57,932 bases of DNA. Source: Firmicutes bacterium UBA2598. Lineage in GTDB: Bacteria; Bacillota; PH28-bin88. The position numbers and the translations under genes were made by a program. The notes beneath the pieces are model-generated. The model did no database searches. It was given only the letters and a program-made list of their open reading frames with translations, and was not told the origin of the DNA. The stretch spans positions 1 through 57,932 of the forward strand of contig DDKM01000049.1 of NCBI GenBank assembly GCA_002339345.1, written 5' to 3'. Below, one piece after another: positions 41,536-50,272 of this stretch (positions are counted from its first letter, which is position 1; each line of letters opens with the position of its first letter).

Positions 41536-42102
41536 TCAACCCCTGGACTGACTCCGGCGCCACCACCAACCGGCTGCTGCCAGCAGGATCAACGCCAGTA
41601 GAGTTTCCAAGCCATAGAGATGTGCCAGTTGCAGCATCCCCAGGCTGAACAGGGTGACCAGCATTCCGGCCAGCAGGACCCCCCCCGCCATAGCCGCCAT
41701 GGCCCGCCATGGTGTGATCCCAAGCAGTACCGCCACCAGAGAGCCAACCCAGACCCCGGTGCCAGGGGCGGGAACCCCCACAAATAACAACAACCCCCAC
41801 GGACCGTAACGCTGCACCTGTTCCTCCTTACGCCTGGCTCTGGCCACCAACCGCTCAATGACCGGCCGGCAGAACCTGTAACGGGACATCCACCGGATCA
41901 CCACCGGCAATCCGAAAAGGAGGGGTACCACCGGAATGAGATTTCCCACCACCGCCAGCCAAAACACCTCCACCCCAGGCAAGTTCCGGGCCAACCCGAG
42001 GGGAATGGCTGCACGCAGTTCCGCCACCGGGATCATGGCCAGCAGGATCACCTGCCAGGCCGGTGGCAGTGCGGCCAGGGTCTCCACCATGGACTGAACC
42101 AT
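41536..42102 (-). CDS. COG2426 putative small multi-drug export membrane protein
   Basis: MIP..ELR.AIP, GN.IP, L.FV.VP.PGTG.W.G. Confidence 0.85.
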   Translation of the reverse strand: MVQSMVETLAALPPAWQVILLAMIPVAELRAAIPLGLARNLPGVEVFWLAVVGNLIPVVPLLFGLPVVIRWMSRYRFCRPVIERLVARARRKEEQVQRYGPWGLLLFVGVPAPGTGVWVGSLVAVLLGITPWRAMAAMAGGVLLAGMLVTLFSLGMLQLAHLYGLETLLALILLAAAGWWWRRSQSRG

Positions 42103-42126
42103 CCGGTCACCTCCCTAAAATAATGT

Positions 42127-42395
42127 CCTGGTTTAAAAAAGTTCACAATACCTAACAATTGCTAGGTTTTTGCAAACCCGGCCCCCCATGACCAGGCTTT
42201 ACACCTCCACGGAAACTTTTCCCTGGGGTGACGGGGGACCTCGGCCCCGGGAGTCCCACCCGGACGAGAGAACTGCGCGAAACAGGCACTTCCGGCTTGC
42301 GCCTTCATCAGTGTTGACTGTTTCGCGGGAAGCACCGCCTCCCGCGATCTGTTAAATGCGGCCTACCGGGTTTGTCCGAACTCCGGCTAACGTGG
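42127..42395 (-). ncRNA. Putative omegaRNA (right-end RNA) scaffold of the IS607 TnpB
   Basis: About 270 nt noncoding stretch between tnpB stop and right end; hairpins CGCGGGA/TCCCGCG, AAACAG/CTGTTT, GGC-GCAA-GCC. Confidence 0.6.
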
Positions 42396-44108
42396 TCACC
42401 TACTCAGCAAGACAAGCTGCTTCAAGTCGCGCCAGACGGAATAAAACGATTCCTGTTTGAATCGGGTCAGTCCGTTGTGAACAGGAACCTTTTCGTCCAG
42501 CCGCTTGAAGAGCCGCTTTGCCTTTCGGGTCATCCCTTTTCCTTCCCCAGGTAAGGAATTAACCTTCTGGTCCAGCTTTTCTTTAAACACTTGGATTTTC
42601 TGCTTTAACTCTCTTGTTATTCGCTCTCTGAAACCTATCGCCCGGCGGGCTATTATATAAGCCGCGGCGTGGTGAACGGTTATGCCGTAGCGCTCCATGT
42701 ACTTGCAGCAACCTATCGTCGATGTGTACGCCGGCCAGACCTGCTTTACACCGACACCTTCCTTGAAGGCTTTGCGGATGACGGCTTCAACTATCTTCTT
42801 GTAAGGAAAATTAGCTGCCATGCGGTTGAATTTTTTATTCGTGTCCAGCCGGTCCTTGCCGAAGTCCAGTTTTTCCAAAGCGATGGGCTTGCCTAAAGTT
42901 TTAGCGATATGCACCACTACTTTAGCCAGCACGCCAATTAAATAGGTGCGCCGGGATCCGCGGCTGTAGGCAAGCTCGGGCATCTTGATGTACAAAAAAC
43001 CATTGGGGTGAATCGTTACCTGGAATTCTCCGGCGAATTTGTGCAGGGCCTTCGGATATGGAATGTTGAAATCCTCTGGCCAAAGTTCGGGTTGGCCAAA
43101 ATAACTGACGTTGGCCAGGGCCACTCCGTCGGGGTTGGTGTCCGTACCCAAATAGCCCCGGTTGGGATTGGTCGTTAAAACAGGCGCTGTGACGGTGAAG
43201 GTGATGTGCGCCCGGTATCGACCATCATTACCTTTGATCAGCTCCACGGTGTAGGGTGCACCGGAAAGAAGCAGCTCCAACACTTTAAGCCTGTGCTTTT
43301 CCGGCAGCCAGAGCTTGCCCTTCACTTTGGGCGCCCTGGTCATTATGGGTCTACCTTTGCTGTCTATTCCTTTCTGCTCGGACAGGTGGGAGATGGTTAC
43401 TGATAAGAAAAATTCTTCGTAACCAGGAGCACCCGACCAGCTTATCTTGATGTTCGGGTTGCCGCCCTTGGTCTCGTCCCCGCAGGAATACAGCCGGTCC
43501 TGCCGGGCCTGCCGCCACTCTTCACGGGTGGCTCTGCCTTTACAGACCCGCTTCCATAAAGAGCGACCACCGAAAACTACTTTTGGTATGGTGCCGTTGT
43601 CCTGGTGAACCTTCAGCTCGTCCAGCTTGTCGGCCAGCTTTTTGACCCTGGCTCTGCGCCCGTATACAGTGCGTTTGAATTTTTCAATTTTTGACGGGTC
43701 GTTTTTCTCAACGGCTTTATCCAGGTCTTTTTCCGAATAGCTGAGCTTCTTTTTCGCGCGAGCCAGCCTGGTCTCTGTTTCTTCGATTTCCAGTACCAGC
43801 AGCTCTTTTTGTGACTCAATGACGGCTTTGGCCTTCAGTATGGCGTTGTCGCAATAGCGGGAGTTCAGGCCGAATATCTGTTGACCCTGCTCCTTGAGCT
43901 CTTTCCCGGAATTGCCTTCCTGTAACCGGTTGAACGTCCAGCGGGTACAGGAACAGAACAGCCGCATCTCGGTGTCCAACGGGTCTTCCATCCCGCGGCT
44001 CCATTCCTCAGACCGAAAGGCAGGGTAAATTTCCGGAAAATATTCGCCGCAGATGGTGTAGCTTATGCCGCTGTCAGGACTGCTCGACTTCTTTTTCCAT
44101 TTCCTCAT
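42396..44108 (-). CDS. tnpB: TnpB-related RuvC protein, 570 aa, lacking Zn finger
   Basis: RuvC-I GTDTN, RuvC-II IALEKLDF, PAYTS, HHAAAYIIARR in place of DxNAAxNI. Confidence 0.85.
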   Translation of the reverse strand: MRKWKKKSSSPDSGISYTICGEYFPEIYPAFRSEEWSRGMEDPLDTEMRLFCSCTRWTFNRLQEGNSGKELKEQGQQIFGLNSRYCDNAILKAKAVIESQKELLVLEIEETETRLARAKKKLSYSEKDLDKAVEKNDPSKIEKFKRTVYGRRARVKKLADKLDELKVHQDNGTIPKVVFGGRSLWKRVCKGRATREEWRQARQDRLYSCGDETKGGNPNIKISWSGAPGYEEFFLSVTISHLSEQKGIDSKGRPIMTRAPKVKGKLWLPEKHRLKVLELLLSGAPYTVELIKGNDGRYRAHITFTVTAPVLTTNPNRGYLGTDTNPDGVALANVSYFGQPELWPEDFNIPYPKALHKFAGEFQVTIHPNGFLYIKMPELAYSRGSRRTYLIGVLAKVVVHIAKTLGKPIALEKLDFGKDRLDTNKKFNRMAANFPYKKIVEAVIRKAFKEGVGVKQVWPAYTSTIGCCKYMERYGITVHHAAAYIIARRAIGFRERITRELKQKIQVFKEKLDQKVNSLPGEGKGMTRKAKRLFKRLDEKVPVHNGLTRFKQESFYSVWRDLKQLVLLSR

Positions 44109-44736
44109 CTGATTTCACTCCCGCTATCAGCTCCTGAAACCCCTGCCTGACTTTCCTGCCTCCCCTGGCCCCGTACAACCGGGCTGAAAAGGCCGCGACT
44201 ATGGCCAAAAGATCCCGGACAAGCTCAGTATGAGCGTCCTCCGGCTCTCTTTCAGCGATGGCGATTATCTCCACGCCGCAGTACCTTAAATGGCGTTCGA
44301 TATACTCATAACCAAACCGGGCCAGCCGGTCGGGATATTCGATAACGAGCTTTTTATACTCTCCCTGCTCGGCTAGCTTGAGTACGTTTGTTAAACCGCG
44401 ACGCTTCTGGTTTAAGCCGCTGGCCACGTCCGTGAATTCCGCCCTGACGGTAAATCCGTTTTCCCGGGCGTACTGCCGCAGCCGTCCCATCTGACGGTCC
44501 AGGTTGCCCGCATCGGCCTGCTTTTTTGTGGATACCCGGGCGTATAACACGACTGTCTCTCGCCCGTCAGTCAATTGGCCGGACTGCAAGAGCCTGTTGA
44601 GTTCGTCCATGGAGTATCGGCGCTGGCCCCCGGGCAGACGAACGGGCTTGATTAAGCCCCGCTTCTCCCAGTTGCGCAGGCTGTTGGGGTGGACGCCTAA
44701 TTTTTTCGCCGCTTTGCTGATGGTTAATAGTTCCAT
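44074..44736 (-). CDS. tnpA: IS607 family transposase (MerR-like HTH + serine recombinase)
   Basis: AA..LGV...LR.W...G.I...R..GG.RRY; YARVS catalytic Ser; D.ASG; DRLARFG; FSARLYG. Confidence 0.96.
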   Translation of the reverse strand: MELLTISKAAKKLGVHPNSLRNWEKRGLIKPVRLPGGQRRYSMDELNRLLQSGQLTDGRETVVLYARVSTKKQADAGNLDRQMGRLRQYARENGFTVRAEFTDVASGLNQKRRGLTNVLKLAEQGEYKKLVIEYPDRLARFGYEYIERHLRYCGVEIIAIAEREPEDAHTELVRDLLAIVAAFSARLYGARGGRKVRQGFQELIAGVKSDEEMEKEVEQS

Positions 44737-44767
44737 AATTTTATGGTGGCTGTTTTGTTATGTTTTG

Positions 44768-45892
44768 TCAATATTTGTTGGCCTGTTGGTAACTGCTACA
44801 TACCTCCCCACCGGCCGTGAACCCTCTCCCCAAAGCGTCTCCAAGGCCATCCGCCAGATAGTAAATCCGTTCCGCTGCCTCAACTGTGAGGGTGCCCGCC
44901 CCGCAAGCAGGGGTAATGATGGTTCGCCGGCACAGCAGGTCCATGGAAATCCCTTTGCCGGCCAGGGTCTGGGCCTGTTCCCGCCACCGGGTATGGAGGC
45001 TGTCCACGCTTTCCATCATCACACGGTGCCCGTCGGTGGGCACCAACCCCCACGCCAATATTCCTCCTTGTACCAGAAAGGAGGCCAACTCCTTTACATA
45101 GGGGAACAATGAAGAAAAATATCCCCAGGCGTCAAAACTGATTATGGCCAGACCGGACTCCATAAAAACCGTCCAATCAATTCCAGCACAGGAATGCCCT
45201 CCGGTAATGGCACCGGCCTGGCGGGCACCACCGGCGATGGCCGCCAGATCCGCCACCAAATCCTCCCGCTTGAGGGTAATGTAAGTTGAGGCTCCACAGG
45301 CACCCACCACCGGCTCATCAACAAAAAACAGTACCGGCAGGCCGAACCCGGCAAGCTTGGTCACCTGCCAGCGGGCCTGCATGGCCAGGGTCTTTACCAG
45401 GAGGTCCCTTAATTGGGGATCATAATAGGCTGGCTTGCCAGCCGGATCCCTAATATTGAGGCCAACGCTGAGGGGACCGCTGATCTGACCCTTCAGAAAC
45501 TTGGCTCCCCTTACCCCTTTGGCCGTTAGGTCCGCCAAAAAGGCATAGAATCCAGCCGCCGCCTCCGGCGGTGTGGCAAATTCCTCCAGAGCTTGGGGAT
45601 CTCCTGCCTCCGCAGCCAGAAATGCTTCATAGAAACGGGTCATGTTTTCTGTCCAGGCTAGGCTGGCAGTGTCCATATAGGCTTGCCCCCCGGGCGACTC
45701 CACCAGTAATCCCAGCCGTACCAGCGGGGTCAAATACTGGTAGACAAAGTGCTCCACGTGGCCGCGCATGGGAAGCTGGGGCCAGTGGGGCGCCCCGCCC
45801 ATGTGACGCCAGATTAAATCCAGAGCTGGACCAGGTTGGGGGAAGGGCAAACTGCCAATACCGGTGACCATAAACCGGGGATTCCATTGCAT
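44768..45892 (-). CDS. Core (MetE C-terminal-like, MesB-like) methionine synthase; last ~11 codons IS-derived
   Basis: TGIGSLP, WPQLP, KGQISGP, FVDEP; Zn ligands GHSC and TPACG; no folate-binding half. Confidence 0.75.
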   Translation of the reverse strand: MQWNPRFMVTGIGSLPFPQPGPALDLIWRHMGGAPHWPQLPMRGHVEHFVYQYLTPLVRLGLLVESPGGQAYMDTASLAWTENMTRFYEAFLAAEAGDPQALEEFATPPEAAAGFYAFLADLTAKGVRGAKFLKGQISGPLSVGLNIRDPAGKPAYYDPQLRDLLVKTLAMQARWQVTKLAGFGLPVLFFVDEPVVGACGASTYITLKREDLVADLAAIAGGARQAGAITGGHSCAGIDWTVFMESGLAIISFDAWGYFSSLFPYVKELASFLVQGGILAWGLVPTDGHRVMMESVDSLHTRWREQAQTLAGKGISMDLLCRRTIITPACGAGTLTVEAAERIYYLADGLGDALGRGFTAGGEVCSSYQQANKY

Positions 45893-45899
45893 AAGGCTA

Positions 45900-47090
45900 T
45901 CACACTCCCCTTTCACCTTTCCCGGCTAAGAAATCCCATGCAGCGCGGGCCAGTACCGCCGCTCCCGCCGGTATGCATCTTTCATCCACATCAAACTGTG
46001 GATGGTGCCAGGGAAAAACGTCCTTTTGCCCTGTGTGGGATCCCAGGAAGAAAAACGCCCCCGGGATCTGTTCGGCATAATAGGCGAAATCCTCTCCACC
46101 CATAGATGGGTTAGCAATGGGGAACACCCGGCCCCTGCCCAAAACCCTTCGGCCCGCCTCCCGTACAGTTTGTACCAGTTGTGCATTGTTTTGCACGGGA
46201 GGGTACCCCAGCTGGTAATCCAGTTCCGCCGTACAGTTATAACCTGTAGTTACACCCGTCACTAATCCCCTTAATAGTTCCGGCATCCTTGTACGTAAAT
46301 GGGGGCACAGGGTGCGCACCGTTCCCTCCATTTCCACCCTGTCGGCGATGACATTGCCTTTATATCCTCCCTTGATGGTGCCCACAGTTACCACCACAGG
46401 CTGAAGGGGATCCACCAAACGGCTGGCCACCGTTTGCAAAGCCTGAATAACGGCTCCCGCCGCCACAATGGCGTCCGCCGCCTGGTGCGGAGCCGCCCCG
46501 TGCCCACCATGGCCTAATACCTGTAGGGTAAACATGTCGGCTGCCGCCATCACCGTACCATCCCGGATGCCGATGGAACCCACCGGCAGATAAGGGTTGA
46601 CATGCAATCCGAGAATCGCCTCTACCCCCGCCAGAGCACCCTCGGACAGCATGGCCAGTGCTCCACCCGGAGGGGTTTCTTCACTGGGCTGGAAAATCAG
46701 CCTGACCGTACCGGGCAACTGATGGCGCTCGGCAGCCAGCAGCAACCCCGCCCCCACCACCACAGCCACATGGGTATCATGCCCACAGGCATGCATGAGA
46801 CCGGGCCGCCTTGATGCAAAGGGTAACCCGGTCCTTTCCTCCACCGGCAGGGCATCCATATCTGCCCTGAGGGCAACGGTACCACCCGGCAAGTTCCCGG
46901 CAATGTCCACCATTACACCGGTGCCGGCCACTCCTGCCCTGACCTCAATTCCCGCCAAACCAAGGGCCTCCTGGATGGCCCGGGCGGTCTCCACCTCGGC
47001 AAAACCGGTTTCCGGGTACTGGTGGATACGCCGCCTCAGTTCCACCAGTTGTGGTGCGATGGCCTGAGCTTTCCCCCGGAAATCAGGCAC
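45900..47090 (-). CDS. M20D family amidohydrolase/carboxypeptidase
   Basis: H.YPE.GF.E, RADMDALP, MHACGHD.H, FQPSEE, GEDF, HHP.F. Confidence 0.92.
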   Translation of the reverse strand: MPDFRGKAQAIAPQLVELRRRIHQYPETGFAEVETARAIQEALGLAGIEVRAGVAGTGVMVDIAGNLPGGTVALRADMDALPVEERTGLPFASRRPGLMHACGHDTHVAVVVGAGLLLAAERHQLPGTVRLIFQPSEETPPGGALAMLSEGALAGVEAILGLHVNPYLPVGSIGIRDGTVMAAADMFTLQVLGHGGHGAAPHQAADAIVAAGAVIQALQTVASRLVDPLQPVVVTVGTIKGGYKGNVIADRVEMEGTVRTLCPHLRTRMPELLRGLVTGVTTGYNCTAELDYQLGYPPVQNNAQLVQTVREAGRRVLGRGRVFPIANPSMGGEDFAYYAEQIPGAFFFLGSHTGQKDVFPWHHPQFDVDERCIPAGAAVLARAAWDFLAGKGERGV

Positions 47091-47106
47091 AGCAGTTGTT
47101 CCCAAT

Positions 47107-48051
47107 CTATTCGAACCCCCTCCGCCGCAGGTCCAAACGGAAATAGGGCGCCATACTAAGGTAGCGCTCCCCGGTGTCCGGCAAAACCACCACCACCCGG
47201 CGGCCGGGCCCCAAGTCACCAGCCACCCGACGGGCGGCCCTCAACGCCGCTCCTGCGGAAATCCCCACCAACAAACCTTCCTTACGTGCTACTTCCATGG
47301 CCGTCAGATAAGCGTCTACATCCTCCACCGTGACGATCCTGTCCAGGACCTGCCGGTTTAACACAGGCGGCACAAACCCCGCCCCTATACCCTGAATCCG
47401 GTGGGGCCCAGGCTGTCCGCCGGATAGTACCGGTGAGGAAGCTGGTTCTACACCTACAACCATGATTCCTGGGTTGTGTTCCTTTAAAACCTCTCCTACT
47501 CCGGTGATGGTCCCGCCGGTGCCAATGCCTGCCACAAAGGCATCCAACCTGCCGCCCGTGTCCGCCAGGATTTCCCTGGCCGTGGTGATACGGTGCACAG
47601 CCGGGTTAGCCGGATTGGCAAATTGGCGGGGCATATAATACCCCGGGTTTTCCTTTAATATTTTCTCTGCCAGGTGGATGGATCCCTGCATCCCTGCTTC
47701 TCCGGGTGTAAGATAAAGTTCAGCGCCATAGCACTTCAAAAGTGCCTGGCGCTCCACACTCATGGTTTCCGGCATAACCAGAATCAGGCGATAGCCCCTG
47801 GCTGCCGCCACCATTGCCAGTCCAATGCCGGTATTGCCGCTGGTGGCTTCCACTATGGTACCGCCGGGAGCCAACAGGCCCTGCTGTTCCGCTACCTCAA
47901 TCATATGTTTGGCAATCCGGTCCTTAATACTTCCCCCTGGGTTCATAAATTCTAGCTTAGCCAGCACTTCCGCGTGGCCAGCCTCCCCTGACTGTCTAAG
48001 CCTAACCAGAGGGGTGTTTCCGATCAGATGATCAACTCCGGGAAAAATCAT
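47107..48051 (-). CDS. cysK: Cysteine synthase A
   Basis: [12 protein letters not shown] (PLP Lys), [28 protein letters not shown]. Confidence 0.95.
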   Translation of the reverse strand: MIFPGVDHLIGNTPLVRLRQSGEAGHAEVLAKLEFMNPGGSIKDRIAKHMIEVAEQQGLLAPGGTIVEATSGNTGIGLAMVAAARGYRLILVMPETMSVERQALLKCYGAELYLTPGEAGMQGSIHLAEKILKENPGYYMPRQFANPANPAVHRITTAREILADTGGRLDAFVAGIGTGGTITGVGEVLKEHNPGIMVVGVEPASSPVLSGGQPGPHRIQGIGAGFVPPVLNRQVLDRIVTVEDVDAYLTAMEVARKEGLLVGISAGAALRAARRVAGDLGPGRRVVVVLPDTGERYLSMAPYFRLDLRRRGFE

Positions 48052-48059
48052 GGATAACT

Positions 48060-48263
48060 CTAAAACCCCCCACCCATAAACAAAAGGACATCCACCCGGT
48101 CACCCTCCTGCAAATAGGTGGAGGCCAAATCCTGCCCGGCAACGGAGCGCCCGTTGACGCTCACCGTAACCACCTCCGGGTTTAACTCCAAACCCTCCAG
48201 GAGGCCCAGCAGGGAGGTGCCGGCAGCCACCTGTTCCCGATCCCCGTTTAAAAGGATTTCCAT
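48060..48263 (-). CDS. ThiS-like sulfur carrier protein ending MGGGF
   Basis: 67 aa beta-grasp pattern (LNG...VSVNG...L.EGDRV...FMGGG) with one extra C-terminal residue. Confidence 0.9.
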   Translation of the reverse strand: MEILLNGDREQVAAGTSLLGLLEGLELNPEVVTVSVNGRSVAGQDLASTYLQEGDRVDVLLFMGGGF

Positions 48264-48527
48264 TCAGTCACTTCCCCTTTCAATGAGCAGCTTGTATTTG
48301 TTGTCACCCACCGGCTCCAATTTCAATACCTTATGCCCTTCATACTTGACACTGCGGGGCACGTTCTGTAGCGGCTCACCGCCGGAAAGCAGCACTTCCA
48401 GCACCTGCCCGGCCCTCATTTCCTCCAGCTTCAGTTTGGTGTGCACGAAGGTCATTGGACACACCTCATGGGTGATATCCAGCACCACATCGGGTACCAC
48501 GGTCTCCTCTTTAGACGTTCCCGTCAT
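48264..48527 (-). CDS. TusA/SirA family sulfurtransferase
   Basis: LDIT..VCPMT....K..L......L.V. Confidence 0.9.
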   Translation of the reverse strand: MTGTSKEETVVPDVVLDITHEVCPMTFVHTKLKLEEMRAGQVLEVLLSGGEPLQNVPRSVKYEGHKVLKLEPVGDNKYKLLIERGSD

Positions 48528-49423
48528 GCACCTGTTACCTCCTTCCTTCCCCCGGTAAAACGCTCCAGCTCATCCCGGTAAACCTGCCGGAATTGATCAA
48601 TACCAATGCTGCGTACCACATCCCCCATCCTTTGGTTCTGTTTTTGCAAGCGGGTATAGGCGGACAGGACGGCTTCCCCTGACCTCACCACCCGTTCTGG
48701 CGGAATAAAGGTGTCCAGTAATTGACCCAACCCAGGGTAACGTCCGATTTTGCCTCCCACATATAAGTTGTATCCCTTCCGGTTTATGACCCAGGCATCC
48801 GCGGGACAGGAAAATATGCAGTTCCCTTCGAACAAACAACGGCTGGCATCAAAAACTGGCAAACCATCCACCATGGTTAGGGCATTGCCGGGGCACACCT
48901 CTGCGCATATGCCACAGCCATTGCACCGGTCGGGATGATGCTTGGGTTCAATCACACCAAGCCAGCCAATATCGTTTTCCTGGGGTTTGGCGCAAGCGTT
49001 GGGGCACCCGCTGATCCCCATTTTGGTTTTCCCTGGCACGGCACGCCCGAAAAAGGCCCTGTCCAGCTCAGCCGCCATTTCTTTGGTGTCCACTAGGCCC
49101 TGAAGGCAGATGGTGCTGCCGGGACATGCCACCACCGTTCGGATCCGGGGACCGCAGGTACCTGGTAAAAGTCCCAGGCGGGTCATATCCGCCTTGATAT
49201 CGAGGTAGCGGTGCAGATCCACTCCGGTAATCTCCATCCCCTGCCTGGTGGTCAGGTGGACATAGCCCTGCCCATACCTGTCCGCCAGGTCTGCCAGCGC
49301 TCGGAGCTGTTCGGAAGTAATATCCCCCGCAATGGTCCGCAAGCGCATCAGGTATTTGTCCTTACCGCGCTGTTGCAAAAAACCGCCCTTTTTCAACTCA
49401 TGCAAGTCAACCGCCAAAACCAT
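48524..49423 (-). CDS. Nitrite/sulfite reductase-like protein with inserted 2x[4Fe-4S] ferredoxin
   Basis: HLTTRQG, CPG...C, SGCPNAC siroheme/Fe-S motifs; CNGCGIC..VCP; YVGGKIG. Confidence 0.85.
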   Translation of the reverse strand: MVLAVDLHELKKGGFLQQRGKDKYLMRLRTIAGDITSEQLRALADLADRYGQGYVHLTTRQGMEITGVDLHRYLDIKADMTRLGLLPGTCGPRIRTVVACPGSTICLQGLVDTKEMAAELDRAFFGRAVPGKTKMGISGCPNACAKPQENDIGWLGVIEPKHHPDRCNGCGICAEVCPGNALTMVDGLPVFDASRCLFEGNCIFSCPADAWVINRKGYNLYVGGKIGRYPGLGQLLDTFIPPERVVRSGEAVLSAYTRLQKQNQRMGDVVRSIGIDQFRQVYRDELERFTGGRKEVTGA

Positions 49424-50241
49424 CAGTCCTTTCTGAGATTACCCCTGATGTCGCATGCCAGCTCATATTCCTGCAGCTCGGTGATCAGCGGGTTTTCACC
49501 ACATACCGGGCAATTGGGGTTAGGTTTAACCGCCACTTCCCTGAATCTGGTGGCCAAGGCGTCAAAGGTGAGGATGCGTCCGGTCAAGGTTTGCCCGACA
49601 CCCAGTAAAAGCTTGATCGCTTCCGTAGCTTGCAGTACACCAATCACCCCGGCGATGGCACCGATCACCCCAGCCTCCTGGCAGCTGGGGATAGCCCCTG
49701 CCGGAGGTGGTGCGGGAAAGACGCAACGGTAACAAGGGCCCACGCCGGGCTGGATGGTCATTACCATCCCGTCCCAGCGCAGGATGCCCGCTTCCACCAG
49801 CGGCTTTTTGGCCATGACACAGGCATCGTTTAGCAGAAAACGGGTCGGGAAATTATCCACCCCATCTACCACCAGGTCATACCCCGCTATGATTTCCTGC
49901 ACATTGTCCGGAGACAGCCTGGTGGCATAGGTGTTTATTTTTACATCCGGGTTGAGGGCAGTGAGGGTGCGGGCAGCGGATTCCACCTTGGGTTGCCCCA
50001 CTTCCGGAGTGGAATGCAGGATCTGACGCTGCAGGTTGGACAAGTCCACCCGATCATTATCCACAATACCGATAGTGCCAACACCGGCTGCTGCCAGGTA
50101 ATAACTGACAGGGGAACCCAAACCGCCAGCACCAACTACCAGCACCCTGGATTGTAGAAGTTTTTGCTGCCCCTTGCCACCCACTTCCCGCAGCAAAATA
50201 TGCCTGCTGTAACGTTCCAGTTGCTCCGGCGAAAAGGCCAT
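49423..50241 (-). CDS. ThiF/MoeB family adenylyltransferase
   Basis: RYSRH, GAGGLG, SNLQRQ, DNF..R, CYRC, C..AG, CPVC. Confidence 0.93.
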   Translation of the reverse strand: MAFSPEQLERYSRHILLREVGGKGQQKLLQSRVLVVGAGGLGSPVSYYLAAAGVGTIGIVDNDRVDLSNLQRQILHSTPEVGQPKVESAARTLTALNPDVKINTYATRLSPDNVQEIIAGYDLVVDGVDNFPTRFLLNDACVMAKKPLVEAGILRWDGMVMTIQPGVGPCYRCVFPAPPPAGAIPSCQEAGVIGAIAGVIGVLQATEAIKLLLGVGQTLTGRILTFDALATRFREVAVKPNPNCPVCGENPLITELQEYELACDIRGNLRKD

Positions 50242-50272
50242 TGCTCCATCTCCCCCAATCTATTTCTTAGTT

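Larger units (their letters stand above)
42127..44802 (-). mobile_element. IS607-family insertion sequence (tnpA serine recombinase + long tnpB), about 2.68 kb
   Basis: tnpA-tnpB pair; AGG at both junctions (44803-44805 and 42127-42129); no TIR or TSD seen; removal restores a tightly coupled operon junction. Confidence 0.85.

Noticed and set aside
42279-42323. Hammerhead-ribozyme-like core on the minus strand (GTC-aaca-CTGATGA-AGGC-GCAA-GCCG-GAAG)
   Set aside because: GAAA is GAAG (no A15.1), stem I cannot form from 4 nt, and stem III is out of register; a simple bulged hairpin of the omegaRNA explains it. An Infernal search or self-cleavage assay would settle it.
42127-44802. IStron (group I intron-IS607 chimera), suggested by insertion inside a CDS
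   Set aside because: Only 66 nt lie between the left end and tnpA, too little for a group I core, and the host ORF simply terminates inside the left end.
42100-44850. Type V CRISPR-Cas (Cas12f-like) locus, given the 570-aa RuvC protein
   Set aside because: No repeat-spacer array or cas1/cas2 seen in the window; the gene is coupled to an IS607 tnpA.
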